A stretch of DNA of 64,000 bases. Origin: Callorhinchus milii. Lineage: Eukaryota. Position numbers and translations under genes: made by a program. The DNA is taken from NCBI RefSeq assembly GCF_018977255.1, contig NW_024704742.1, positions 55,182,001-55,246,000 on the forward strand. The letters are read 5' to 3'. Under the pieces are notes generated by a model that saw nothing but the letters and a program-made list of their open reading frames with translations, did no database searches and was not told where the DNA came from. Every line of letters starts with the position of its first letter. Position 1 is the stretch's first letter. Positions 36,501 to 47,895 of this stretch are shown piece by piece.

Positions 36501-39410
36501 ATCCAAAGCACATCACCTCTGACACTGCAACACTGCCCCAGCACTGCATTGGAGTGTCATCTTATGTGAGTCCTGACATGGGGCGTGAGCCCACAACCTT
36601 CTGAATCAGAGTGTGCTATCACTGCCCCAGGCTGACACACAGGGTTATGACAAGATACAGAAATCAAAGTACACCTGATATAAACTGCAAGAGAATTTCA
36701 ACCGTTTTTTGACAAATCCTGCCTCAGGACAAAGTAACAAGGATTATTGATCAGTTATTGTGGAAAATGCAATAGACCAGGAACAAATCATGCTACGTGA
36801 ATCTTGCTGCTTCTTTGGACAAACATTGGCACTGACGATAAGGGCTTAAGCAGACAACTCAGATGAGGAGAGATACAAAGTGGAGAAGCAGAGGCCAGCA
36901 TCCACCAATATGGTTTCTGATTGGCAATGTATCAAAACAAAAGTAAAATATGTCTGACCTGCAAAGAGTTGTCTTCCTTCTACCATATTTATACTTTCTT
37001 CCACATCAGAACCATGAACGATATCAAGATTTTCCCTCTCACTTAAGATGCGCTGGATCTGTAGTTGCTGCTGTTTGATTCTGAGTTCCAGAGCTTTCAC
37101 CTGAGCCCTCAGCCTCTCCTGTTCCACTTCGCAGTCTGCTTGTGCCTGGAGAATCAAACAAGATCGTCAGCCACAGCCGTTAATTTCATGATTTGGAGAA
37201 TAGAGGAGTGTGGGAGGGAGTAAGGAATGGGTGGACACTCATGTGGAAGATAAACACTGGCATGGACTGGCTGTGCCAAATGGCCTATTTCCATGCTGTA
37301 CAGTCTTTGTAATCTTTTGTAAATGTTGACATGAGCAGGAAGAAAACCATTTGCCATAGGAAGTTATGAAATACACAGTACTTGGCTCAGATGTAGTATT
37401 CTTGGCTTTGAGGCAGAAAGTTATAGGTTGAAACCTCACTTGGGACTTGTAACTCATTGTCTAGGCTGATGCTTCAATGCAGCACTGGGGTAGCCCTGTT
37501 TTCCCAGAGGTGATGTCCTTCAGATGAAAGGTTAAACTAAGATCCTACCTGCCTGTTTGTTCAGATAAACATTAAAGAACCCACAGCATGATTCAAAAAA
37601 GAAGCGTACTTCTCCAAATGTCCAATAATCTTCCAGATAAAAATGATCATTCACTTCATGGCTATTTGTGAGACATTGCTGTGTGCAAATATTCTGCCAT
37701 GTTTGCCTCCAATATACAGTCACTGCACTGCACAAAACATTGTGAATCCCTTTAGATATGATTGCCACAATATTAACTGCAAGGATTATCATTATTTACA
37801 ATATTTTCTGTGATCATCAGTCAGAGTCATCATCAGCCTTAAGATCACTTATCAGCTTTAAGATCTAATGATAATTTCTGGTGGTACATCTAGTGCTTAG
37901 GTGCCACATCCAATGAAGCACAAACTGATAGAATACAGTCTAACTGATCATAAATAAAATATTTTAATTGCTATTGTCTGTGCTTTAGAATTTGTTTTAC
38001 TTCACTTTGACATAACTTGCTCTCCTGTCTTATATGACAGCAATTCATGCACTTTATTATTAACTCTAAATTTATCTTGTGAATTGAATCTGTGGAGATA
38101 GTCTTATATACAACACTGAGTCAATTCCTGGCATAAAAGCAGAATAAGAAAGCAGATGCTAAACAGCAGATCCACCCTAATCTGGAATATCAGTAGAGCT
38201 TTTGGTTTTATATAGACAACAACAATTTCAAATACTATTTCAGAGACATACAGCCTAAATGACTATTCACTCTAAGCATATGGATGGGGAGAAATTTCAT
38301 GTAACTGCAGATTTATTCCCCTCGCTTAACATTTTTACAACTTGGAAAAATTTGAAATGCAGCCTTAAATTTCTGCGGTTCTTAAAATAACTTAAACATA
38401 AAAAAGCTTCTAAAATAAGGCTGCAATTATGAATTTCACAAATTCTGGACTCTCAGAAATGCTAAATAATTAGAATCAATCTGGAACAACACCTTACATT
38501 TATATAGGACTCTACAAGTAGGAAAACATCTGGGAGCACTACTCAAAGACAAGGTTGGACCTCAAGCAAGGGAGAGGGGCGACATGACCATCGTAGAAAA
38601 GTCTTAGTCAAAGCATTTGTAATGATTTGGCTAACACAATAAAATAATAATAATTCTTGCATTTTATGCAGCCCCTTTTGCATCGGGAGAACATCTCAAA
38701 GCACTTCACAGGATTTACCGGAAAGTGGATTTGCTGGATTTACTCTATGACTATATTTCGTAGGCAATATCACACCATATGATATCACCTCCACTGAAAC
38801 GAATTATTATTCCCAATTATTTATTTGGGAAAACGTCTTTGTAATTTACGGGTGAAGTGAAAGCAATGAAAAGGCTACACTGAAAACTGCACTCTCTCTC
38901 CCTTCTCCCTCCTCAAAAGGCAGGCAATGGCTTTTCTGAAAGGGTGTTGTTCCTATGGCAGGGTTATTCAAAGCCAGACATATCCCTACAATTCCAGCAG
39001 ATTTACTAGTATTTGAGAGGTCAGTGGATCTGTGGGGAAAGGAGCCTTAGAGGACGACCGTTAAAAAGAGGAATGTGCTATTTGAGTTCTCTGTTTCAGC
39101 TTCACTGCAACATCTGGCACAGCTTTGCATTTGACATCCATTCTCTCCAGATCAGATTAAGGAAACAAAATCTTGCTCTATGCCTCTGGTGGTAGTAGTA
39201 TTTCAGTGTTTCGATTTTGGAGGACGGACACCTAAACGGAATGCGTTTCATAAACTTTTCCGAGTGTCTTTTTGCTCCCCAGTTGCAAACTTGGTGGTGG
39301 CAGTGCTGCAATTGATTTGTGTAAAAAAAAATGTTACTTACCGACCTGCAGAATCCAGTCAACAGTGTGCAAACCATCAGAGCAGACAAAGAAATACAGC
39401 GACCCTCCAT
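30357..39410 (-). CDS. FGL1: Fibrinogen-like protein 1 (hepassocin), complete spliced CDS, 317 aa; join(39342-39410, 36959-37145, 35129-35288, 32971-33068, 31697-31785, 30821-31008, 30357-30519)
   Basis: Seven exons (69+187+160+98+89+188+163 = 954 nt) with GT-AG boundaries and intron phases 0,1,2,1,0,2 join into one [60 protein letters not shown].../[20 protein letters not shown]...[17 protein letters not shown].../[45 protein letters not shown].../...[60 protein letters not shown]...[34 protein letters not shown]. The EQxRLRAQV coiled coil, the HPEVxWWA insert and the [13 protein letters not shown] motif match mammalian FGL1 as I recall it. Confidence 0.96.
30821..31008 (-). CDS. FGL1: FGL1 coding exon 6 (Ca2+-binding DxDxD loop)
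   Basis: Acceptor ttattttcac[20 protein letters not shown]...[29 protein letters not shown]; donor AG|GTTTCT; 188 nt; read by hand (absent from the ORF track in this frame). Confidence 0.96.
31697..31785 (-). CDS. FGL1: FGL1 coding exon 5
   Basis: Acceptor ttttacttctttc[32 protein letters not shown]; donor CAG|GTGAGG; 89 nt. Confidence 0.95.
31975..32175 (+). mobile_element. Deu-domain SINE fragment followed by L2 3' ends (32220-32495) in an FGL1 intron
   Basis: gtcagaggtcctgaccttcagataatgtgttaaacc..ggacgttaaagttcccatgacactat. Confidence 0.65.
32640..32900 (-). mobile_element. CR1 3' fragment in an FGL1 intron
   Basis: Minus-strand peptide [24 protein letters not shown]. Confidence 0.7.
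32971..33068 (-). CDS. FGL1: FGL1 coding exon 4
   Basis: Acceptor ttgttttcat[33 protein letters not shown]; donor GG|GTAAGT; 98 nt. Confidence 0.96.
34408..34676 (+). mobile_element. tRNA-headed CORE-like SINE (internally deleted) in an FGL1 intron
   Basis: tgtagctaagtagttagagcactcgcctcgcaagcgag head, ttgggcaagtttccttactccacac, and L2-type tail. Confidence 0.88.
34681..35005 (-). mobile_element. Deu-domain SINE, tail-to-tail with the SINE at 34408-34676
   Basis: tgcatttgatatagc tail; gaatagtgccacaggatt..ggcagacgag..cagtttaacatc core. Confidence 0.75.
35129..35288 (-). CDS. FGL1: FGL1 coding exon 3 (start of fibrinogen C-terminal domain)
   Basis: Acceptor ttattatgcAG; DCAEIY...[26 protein letters not shown]; donor AG|GTTCAG; 160 nt. 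Confidence 0.95.
36237..36638 (-). mobile_element. Deu-domain SINE
   Basis: gtccacctgaacaggcaggcgggatctcggtttaa..cacctctgacactgcaacac..gcactgcattggagtgtca..cccacaaccttctgaatcagag. Confidence 0.82.
36959..37145 (-). CDS. FGL1: FGL1 coding exon 2 (N-terminal Cys and coiled coil)
   Basis: Acceptor gattctcc[32 protein letters not shown]...RQLFA; donor CAG|GTCAGA; 187 nt. Confidence 0.93.
37380..37795 (+). mobile_element. Deu-domain SINE
   Basis: ttggctcag..ataggttgaaacc head; agaggtgatgtccttcagatgaaaggttaaac core; tgcaaggattatcattatt tail. Confidence 0.8.
39342..39410 (-). CDS. FGL1: FGL1 coding exon 1 (signal peptide, 23 aa); exon begins ~39420 with 10 nt of 5'UTR
   Basis: ATG at 39410-39408 preceded by acceptor ttctttgttctttttaatAG (39422-39421); hydrophobic peptide [23 protein letters not shown]; donor TCG|GTAAGT, phase 0. 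Confidence 0.88.
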
Positions 39411-39513
39411 CTCGGTATTTCTATTAAAAAGAACAAAGAAATGAAATCAGAAATGATGCACTCCCGCTTCCCAACATCAGGACATCCCCGTCCCCGAGGA
39501 AAATCAATTGCAA

Positions 39514-40018
39514 TTCTTGGAAAGTCACTGCTTTCCTTACATCGCTCTGAGGATAAAAGTTGCAATACCTCGAGAAGTCCAAACTGCCTCAATTCTGCTG
39601 CCGATCGGACTCTCTTGGCTTCAGCAATTCGGGTTTGGGGCTTGTTTTATATCTCTGGATGAGTCAGTGGGTAGGAATGTTTTTCGAACAGATGTATGTG
39701 GTTGTCAGGAAATCAACATGGGTCACAGAGCTGTGGAGACCTGCTGCTCACTGCAAAAAACACTGAACAAAAGGCACAACATATCCGGGACATCTGTTGC
39801 TGTAACCGATTAAAGGGTAACCCATGGAGACAGTTATTTTGTACCATAGCATCAAATGGACACACACATATATATATATATACCATTTTTTTTTTACAAA
39901 AATCCACAGAAAGGTTTGCCTGCAACCAGACAATTAAAGTTGCTGTGGGAAAGTTTAAGTGACTAATTTCACAGAGGGAAGTGGATGACAAAGGCGACAT
40001 TTGTTATTAATCGTGACC
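39514..40018. promoter_or_regulatory. Candidate FGL1 liver/acute-phase regulatory motifs: STAT GAS, AP-1, HNF1-like
   Basis: TTCTTGGAA (39514-39522), TGAGTCA (39660-39666) and ATTAATCGTGACC (40006-40018) lie just upstream of the ATG exon; motif matches only. Confidence 0.35.
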
Positions 40019-40164
40019 AGAAAGCTAAAAAGCCTCAAGGTTACTTACGGTTGCTCACAAGTCAAGGAAGGCATTGGTGTGTGTGTGTGTGTAGCTAAAG
40101 CATTCGAGACAGAAATGCTGATACAATTGTGAGGGAAGAAGAGTATTATGTAACTGGAGTACAA

Positions 40165-40702
40165 TACAAATTTACATTTGCAAAACGCCTGTCACATCAG
40201 GAGACCGTCCAGAGGCGCTGAACTGTCAGGAATTAGAACCCGAGGGTGGGGGGGTATCAGGGAGGGCGGAGGGCAAAGAGTGTAAGGAGGATGGCCGAAG
40301 GCACGGTTGAAGAGGAGAGTCTTGAAGTGTGCCTTGACAGAGGCCATGGAGGGCATGAGCAAAGGGAATGTGGGATGGAGTTCCAGAGGGTGGGGTTAGA
40401 GAGACTGAAGGCCTGACCATCGATGGTGGGGCGGGCCGGGCGAGGGACATGGAGCAGGCCAGAGCCAACTGAGTGGAGGGAGCCGACAGGTTGATAAGGG
40501 TCGGAGTGTAGGAGAGGGCACGAGGTGACGACGAGAATTTTGAACTCGATCCTCTGGGGGATGGGGAGTCAGTGGCGCCGGGCGAGGGTGGGAGTGATGG
40601 GGTTATGGAGCCTGGTGCAGGAGAGGACAAGAGCTCCAGAGTTCTGGATAATCTACAGCTTGTGGAGGGAAGAGTTGGGAAGGCTGGCTAGCAGGGTTTT
40701 GT
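40165..40702 (-). mobile_element. L2 3' fragment
   Basis: Purine-rich + strand matching the other antisense L2 copies (gaactcgatcctctgggggatggggag, tgggatggagttccagag), with stem-loop/tail remnant ~40165-40225. Confidence 0.85.
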
Positions 40703-40911
40703 ACATCAGTAAATAAGGTGGAAAGAAACATACTGTTCAGGTGGATATTAAAGATCCCGTGGCACTATTCGGAAAGAGAAGGAAGTTTTCTGGCCTGGCC
40801 AACAATCCCCCAAATAAAACTGATCATTCACTTCATGGCTGTTTGTGGGGCATTGCAGTGTGCAAACTGACTGTTGCAATTGTCTACAAACACAGTCATT
40901 TTGATAACATG

Positions 40912-41243
40912 ATAATAATAATAATAATAATAATAATAATCCTTGCATTTGATATAGCGCTTTTCACGTCGGGAGGACGTCCCAAAGCGCTTCACAGAAT
41001 AGACTGTAAAGTGAATTGACTGTATATTTGTGGGCGAACGCGGCAGCCAATTGCGCACAGCAATGTCCCACAAACAGTCGTAGATTGAAAATGACCAATT
41101 TATTATTGTTTTTGTTTTGGAGGGATTATTATTAGGCTCTGTGTGGAGTAAGGAAACTTGCCCAAGGTTTCGCCCTGCCTGGAATTGAACTCAGGTCTCT
41201 CACTTGCAAAGCGAGTGCTCTAACCACTGAGCTACAGGACTCC
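40912..41243 (-). mobile_element. Full-length tRNA(Ala-like)-headed SINE with CORE-like segment and L2-type tail (SINE2-1_CM-like), short variant
   Basis: Minus strand: GGAGTCCTGTAGCTCAGTGGTTAGAGCAC (A box)...GAGTTCAATTCC (B box)...ACCTTGGGCAAGT...GGGACGTCCTCCCGACGTGAAAAGCGCTATATCAAATGCAAGG(ATT)n. Confidence 0.9.
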
Positions 41244-42264
41244 ACTGTAAGGGATAAGGGACTATGTCAAAAGCAAAGATTTTATTATTAAGAAAGTGCC
41301 AAAATGAGGAGCTGAAATGGTCAGGAAATGGCAAAAAATAACAATTAGGGGTGCTCCACCAATGATTCTGTGGAAAAATGAAAACAGCATGGTTATAATT
41401 TTGCAAGGCATTACTCTTAAGTATTTTGGAATATAGTCTTAAATTCAGACCTTATTTGGGATGCCATTTCACACATTTATTAGCAGAAAACTGGCAATTC
41501 AAATTCAGATTGAATTTAAATGTGTACAATAGACCAACAACAGATTGGGTAAGGTTTGTGAACTGGAGGAAAATGGGATCAAAATTCTTCATAGTTATCA
41601 TCAGTAACCATGTGCTAATGATGGCTGTATAAATAAAAATGTACACCATAAAAGTGTATTTAAAACTATCTAAAAACATCACAACTTGCACTGAAGTATA
41701 TTGCATCTCTTGCAATGTAAACTGTCCCAGAAGGTGAAGTGAGCTGCTGTTATGTTCACACTTAATCAATGGTAAAACTCATCTGGGATTACTTTAATTT
41801 CTCTGTCCCTTGGGGTTGGAGATGTTACCTATTTCTTACCTATAACTCTAGTAACTGGGATTTAACTGTATAAACTGTTTCAAATAGTGACATACAACTG
41901 CAACAACAATAACTTGGATTCATATAGTGCCCTTCATGTGGGAGAGTATCTCTGAGCCGTTAACAATGGCGGAACCTGATGTCAAGCCGGATGGGGGGAG
42001 GAGATGATCATAAGCATATTCGAAGAGGAAAGTCTTCAGTAATGATCTAAAAGAGGTGAAAGAAGGGGCAAGGCAGAGGAATTGGAGATTGATAAAACAA
42101 CAGCTTCAAGCACTATTAGAAAATTTGTCATTTAACCCACCTAACTGCTTTTAATTTCCAGGAACGTGTTCCACTGCCCAAGCTGATAGTTTATTCCACA
42201 TGCTTGTTATTCTTTTACTAAACCAAGTTCTCGTCACTTTCTACTTCCTTTGTTGCCTTTCTGT

Positions 42265-42825
42265 TTGATCAGAATGGTGTCTGGCACATTTGGAAATCCA
42301 TCAACATGCTTAAAAGTATCCAAACCAGACTGAGAGTTCCAAGCATACCGCTGACACATGGAAATTCCCATGTCTGAAATGAAATGCACATTCTCTCCCC
42401 AGAGAGATGCATCCTCTTTACTTAATTCCAGAATTTAGTGCAAGTTAGCAAGAGGTAAGGCTTTGGACCCTCTAGTGTGTGTTGGGGTACTGCTGGAGTT
42501 TAACCAGCTAAAAATGCATAACTTGCAATTGAGAGTACTGTCTGGCAAATTTCCTGCTGTTTGTCCAGCTATGACCACCCTATCCATTTGGGATTCAGAT
42601 TGCTTGGTTAACAGGAACTGAGTGGAAAGAATCACTGCCCCCAGTGACTGGTCTGCGCCATCCAAATCCTTCCAATGAACCACACTGTCATCAGAAGTGC
42701 TTCAGAGTACTGCGGACTGCCTGGCTCACAAACTGTACTACCAAGACCACCACAGAGGGTTGACTCAATTCTGCCAAGAATGTCACCTTGGAGCCAGTTC
42801 AATTTCCAAGAAGGTGACCCTCCAC
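42265..42825 (+). repeat. Unclassified repeat, copy C (most complete)
   Basis: tgcttaaaagtatccaaacc..gtactgctggagtttaacc..ttaacaggaactgagtgga..gccaagaatgtcaccttggagccag. Confidence 0.75.
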
Positions 42826-42999
42826 CTGCCACCCCCACCCACCACCCAAACAACCCGAGGATATTCACAAGTTGGACATTTGACATCCGACAAGCCAGAA
42901 CAAAACCCTGAGGAGGTGGATGACTTTTGTTGACTTTCTGCTGACGTCACGACCCTTGTTCTCGAGGGATCCACATGACAGAAACTCAGCTGCATTTTC

Positions 43000-43900
43000 T
43001 AATCCCTTCATAAATTTAAACAACTGAGTCAAGTCCCCAGGACTTAATTTTTCTCATTTCAAAAGAGAAAAACCTTAAAGGGGGGCAATTTTACCTCTTA
43101 GCTCTCCTCTACTTTCTGGAATTAAACTTGTAGCCCCCACTGAACGTCTTCTAACAAGTGAATGTCTCTTTTGAAATGGGGACACCTAAATGCAGACAAT
43201 ACTCCAGATGCGGTCTCATGAAGGACATTTAATTTTAAAGACACCTCTCTTGACTTAAATGACTTAGCTTTCTTAACCACCTAGGAACACAATCAGTGGT
43301 TTTAATCAACCAAAACACTGGGTCTCTGTCCTGTTCTGACACCTCAAATCCAAATCCATTCAACACATATTCTTTTTTTTAATGAATACAGGATGAGAAG
43401 GGAAAAGAGGAGTATAGTTTGGAGGAGGACATTAGGAGGGACAGAGAGACTCATGTGCAGTATAGATACCAGCAGAGACGAGTTAGGCCAAATGACCTGT
43501 GTCCATGTTGTAATATTCCATGTATTTCTATATAATTATGTCATGTCTGTTAACTTTACATTTCTCCATGTTAAATTGCACCTGCCACCTGTCCATCCAC
43601 TACTCAGCATATCGAGATTCTTTTAAATTTATACATATTGATTCCCATTATTTTGCAGTTGTTCTCAATTTAGCGTCATCTGCAAATTTTGGCACCTTTT
43701 ACAGGATACCAGTTTCCATATCATATGTACAATGATAAATAATAATGGTCACAATATGGCCCCCTTTGGCACATGACTATTGCTTAGCTCCTGGCTGGAT
43801 TTTTCTCTATAACACTACTCATTGTTTTTTAACAAATAGCCAGTTGCTGATCAAGTTCAGGACATTGCAGTCTATACCATAGGGCCATTACCAGCAAAAG
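43000..43900 (-). mobile_element. Very old CR1 RT-region fragment
   Basis: caatactccagatgcggtct, gtcatctgcaaattt (KFADD on the minus strand), cccctttggcac. Confidence 0.6.
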
Positions 43901-44798
43901 TTCATCCAGCAGCATGGATTGCAACTCAAGTCCCAAAAGTGAAAGAAGACCGTGTGAACTTATTGCATTTGTGCTGTCTTACGAAAATGGATTGTAACTC
44001 AGATTGACAATGAAGAACAAAAACTATGCTATTCTCCATTGTGATATCCATTGCAGATATTAGTTTATGAAAAGGTGGTCTGTTTGGAACAATAGAACAG
44101 GAATCTAAGTACAACTCAAATTGTCAGAGTAAGCAGAGGGTCAATCTCTGGTAGATACAAAGCTTTTCAGTTGCATTCAAGCGCCAAGTTAGCCCCCAGA
44201 ACTGAAAGCATTGCCATTCACCACTCGGGCCAATGATAACTATCCAAGGTCAGATCCTTTAGATACATTCCTTGAGTGGTTTTCTTTGGCTACAGGCCTG
44301 GTGCTGCAGATCTCTGAGCAGTTGCATTTTGACCTACAAAACACAGTATGAACAGTTCCTCCAAGTGAAGGGGGGAGGGGAAATTCATCACAATTGCTTT
44401 CCTCGATATTTCGCCAGAAATGCTTTGAGTGTTTATTTCAGAGAATTGTTCTTTAAAGTTACAACCATTTGCTTTCCTCCAGCAATGGAATAAGCTACTT
44501 GTCTGATAAACATCCACCCTTATTTATTTGTACTTTCCAGCAGAGAGGAGATTTTGTGTTTTTCTTTACAACTGAAACTGAGAGTCATTCCAGCTGTTTT
44601 GGATTTTTTTTTATTTTGTTCTATGATTTGGTTATATCAGACAATTTGGAAAAATGTTGGAACATTTATTATTAGAATAATCCTTGCACCGTATCATGTC
44701 GTCGCAATGTCTCAAAGCACTTCACGGTCTTTCTGCAAATGACTGTCTGTATTTTGAAAGGTAAATATGGCAATTTGTGCACAGCATTGTTGCTCAAA

Positions 44799-45022
44799 CA
44801 ACAACAACAACAACAACAAGATTCCATTTATAAAGCGCCTTTCACGTCAGGAGGACGTCCCAAGGCGCTGCACAGTTGGGTCATGACCCGAGCAGGGGGG
44901 AAATGGTCAGGGTGAGGGAAGGGAGGGAGCAAGGAGGGGGGAAATGGTCAGGGTGAGGGGAGGGAAGGGAGGGAGCGAGGAGGGGGAAGAGAGTCGAGAG
45001 GGGAGCTGAAGGCACGGTCAAA
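44799..45022 (-). mobile_element. Young L2 3' end (near-identical to 24157-24335) with an internal ~41-bp duplication, inserted in a SINE remnant
   Basis: Shares caacaagattccatttat..gcgcctttcacgtc.ggaggacgtcccaaggcgctg with the 24157 copy; flanked by TCAAACAAC at 44794-44802 and 45018-45026. Confidence 0.88.
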
Positions 45023-46029
45023 CAACCATGGCAAATGGTATCGGGAGATCAATGTATATGTTCTTTAATTCCATGAAAAAGCATCAAGTCAACAACACCC
45101 AATTATATTTGAATAGCAGCTTTCATGGTGGGAGGACATAACAAGCCTCTGGATATTCAGGGATTTGGACCAGAGCTGTGAGTTGAGATAATCAGGAAAG
45201 TTCCAAAACTAATGGGTCTGTGGATTTCTTCGTGTAATGACTCATGTAATGTTTATAATGTGATGAGCGTTGTTATCTGAGTAAACAGTCATTGAACATG
45301 CCTGACGTTAGTATTCATTCACAAAGGTCAGTTTATCTTTTTTTATAATAGCATCCATCTTTCAGAAACTCTGAATATTGTCGGAAAAGGCAGACAGGAC
45401 CTTACTTTAACATGTCATCTGGACGGCATCTCTGACAATGCAGTGCTCCCACAACCGTGCACTGAAGTGTCAACCTAGACTACGATTCTCATGTCTTTTA
45501 TGCTGTGACTGTCCTTAAGTAGTTTGGAACTAAACACCTGCCTGACTTTGGGAAAATGTTTCTGTGAAGCACCTTAAATCTACATTATCAACCTCAGAAT
45601 ATTGGAGAATTACTCTCCTTTAATTTTCAATCATTTGCTTTTCTCCAGTAATAGAATGAACTCCAACTGAGCTAAACCTTCAATCCATGTTTACTTACTT
45701 ATGCTCTCCAGCTAGAGCAGGGAAGGTTCAGCTGTTTTGGATTAGCTTTTTCTTTTTTCTTCTTTTACACTTTTCGTATGCCAGAGAATTTGAAGAAAAT
45801 GCTTGTGCAAATTAAATCAATATGCTTGTTCATTGAGTCCATGAAAGAAAACATCAAAGCCTCAACATCTATGTGCTTGTGTTAATTTTAAGTATTAGTT
45901 GAATATTGCTGACTCATGTAATGCATACAGCGCTGATAATTGCATTGTTAATAATTATTGAAAATAATCAAGTAGTATTTCTTGCATTTTAGCACTACAA
46001 AGCTGTACCATCTGAAAAAGGTAATTGCT

Positions 46030-46280
46030 GTAAAGTGATATGACTATGTATCTGTAGATGAATGTGACACCCAATTTGCAATTATCAATGTCCCACAAAT
46101 AGCCATGAAGTGAATGATCGATTTTATCTTAAAGATTCTTGAATAGAAAACCAGGATAAACACCCATCTCTTTTCATGTTATGACATCTTTAATGTCCAT
46201 CTGAATAGGTAGGCTGGACCTCGGTATTATGTCTCATCTGAAGGTCAACACCTCCTAAAATGCAACGTTCCCTAGCACCA
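46030..46280 (-). mobile_element. Deu-domain SINE fragment (SINE tail on + strand follows at 46290-46386)
   Basis: gtccatctgaataggtaggctggacctcggtattatgtctcatctgaagg. Confidence 0.7.
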
Positions 46281-46899
46281 GAAGTATTTTTCGCCCAAAA
46301 GACTTCACTTTATATTCAGTGAAGCACTTTGAGACATCTCGAAGACGTGATAAGGCCCTATATCAAATGCAAGGATTATTATTATTGCCTAAACTGTGAT
46401 TAATTGCACTTAAGACTATATGTTAATTAAAATCTATGGAGCAAATTAACAAACACTGAGAAAGGTAACCTGATGATATTTAACACCCTAACTTTTCCCT
46501 GGATGTAGACTTCTAAATGGTTGAACCCAGAGGATGACCACAAATTCCACTTCTGTCCCCTGGATAATGGCATTGGATTACCAATTAGTGGAATATTGGT
46601 TTAACTGAAAAAAATCAGAGAATCCTGTTAGATCTGTTCAGTCGGTCTTTCAAAGTCTGTTCTGGTGGTAGAGGTAAACAGGAATGCTTTCAATGTCGAG
46701 GACAAAAAGTGTAGACATGTCCTCAACCCTGTAAATGAATCTCTAAATGCTCTAAAATTTGACATTGCCAAGAGAAAGTAATTCTTCAATATAAACTGTT
46801 TCCAAGCTGAACGTTCTGTGTAAGTATAGCATTTTCATAGATTGTTAATGAAAAGCTAGGTGAAACTATTTAGTATCTACTGTTCGATGCTCCTTACAT

Positions 46900-47895
46900 A
46901 TTCCATCTTGCTGATGTCATCTGCAAACATGAGGTCAACTTCCACATGTATGTGGATGACATTCAAATCTACTTCTCCTCCTCCAGCTGCAACTCCAGGT
47001 CCACCGATGTTCTGTTGGCTTGTCTGGCAGACATCAGATCCTGAATGAGAGAAAACTTCTTTCAACTGAATTTTGACAAGCCAGAAGCTATACTCCTTGG
47101 CTTCTGTCAATATCTTCTGTCCTGCAGCTCTGACTTCCTCAACCTCCCTGAGCTCTCCATCAGACTCAACAAACAGTGCACAACCTGGGTGTCAGGTTCA
47201 CCCACAGCTGTCCTTGCTACCCCACATCCAGTACCTGACCAGGACCACCTTCCTCCACCTCCACCACATTGCCCGCCTCCAATTGTACCTTACCCCAGAT
47301 GAAGTCAAAACTCTTGTCCATGCGTTTGTCACCTCCTGCGTCAACTATTCAAATGCCCTCTTTGACAGACTCCCCAGCTCCACCATCCACAAAATCCAGC
47401 TAATCCAAAACTCTGCAGCCCAAAAAAGTCACAAGTACTAACTCCATACGCTCATCACACCAGTTCTAGCCAGGCTCCACTAGCTCCCTTTCATTGAAAG
47501 GATTGATTTCAAGTTCCTCACATTCATCTTCAAATCCCTTCATACCATGACAGCTCCCTAGCTCTCTCTGACCTGCTTACACACAACTGCATCGTGCCCT
47601 CCGTTCCACCATCAGTAGTTACAGTAACCACCATCAGCCACAATGCCTGAAAACTCTGGAACACTCTTCCTCTATCCCGCTGCTTTGCCCCCTCCTTCCA
47701 CACCTTCAGATCTCACCTGAAGACCTTCCTTTTCGAACGTGCCTGACATCTTCAACCTCCCCAACCTATCCCTCAGATTCACCGAATCAGTGCGCAAGCT
47801 AGATATCAGGCTCAGCATCATGCTTCATCACTGTCAAGCATTCTGGGATGCTACTCTATATGAGGGACGCTATATAAATGCAAGTTGTTGTTGTT
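46900..47895 (+). mobile_element. Decayed L2 fragment
   Basis: ENFFQLNFDKPEAILLG, KTLVHAFVTSCVNYSNAL, QLIQNSAA; tail ...gctatataaatgcaagttgttgttg. Confidence 0.85.

Noticed and set aside
30357..39410. Alternative identities: FGL2, angiopoietin/ANGPTL, fibrinogen beta/gamma, ficolin
   Set aside because: The short single coiled coil, 317-aa length, HPEVxWWA insert and [13 protein letters not shown] ending fit FGL1; no collagen region or long coiled coil
39180..39813. 160-aa and 101-aa + strand ORFs antisense to the first FGL1 coding exon
   Set aside because: No recognisable domain or splice support; probably chance ORFs in a slightly GC-richer region
41165..41243. tRNA-Ala(TGC)-like cloverleaf (also at 9100-9173, 34408, 58233, 59728, 61090-61163)
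   Set aside because: Each runs directly into a SINE body with no Pol III terminator and has stem mismatches; these are SINE heads, not tRNA genes
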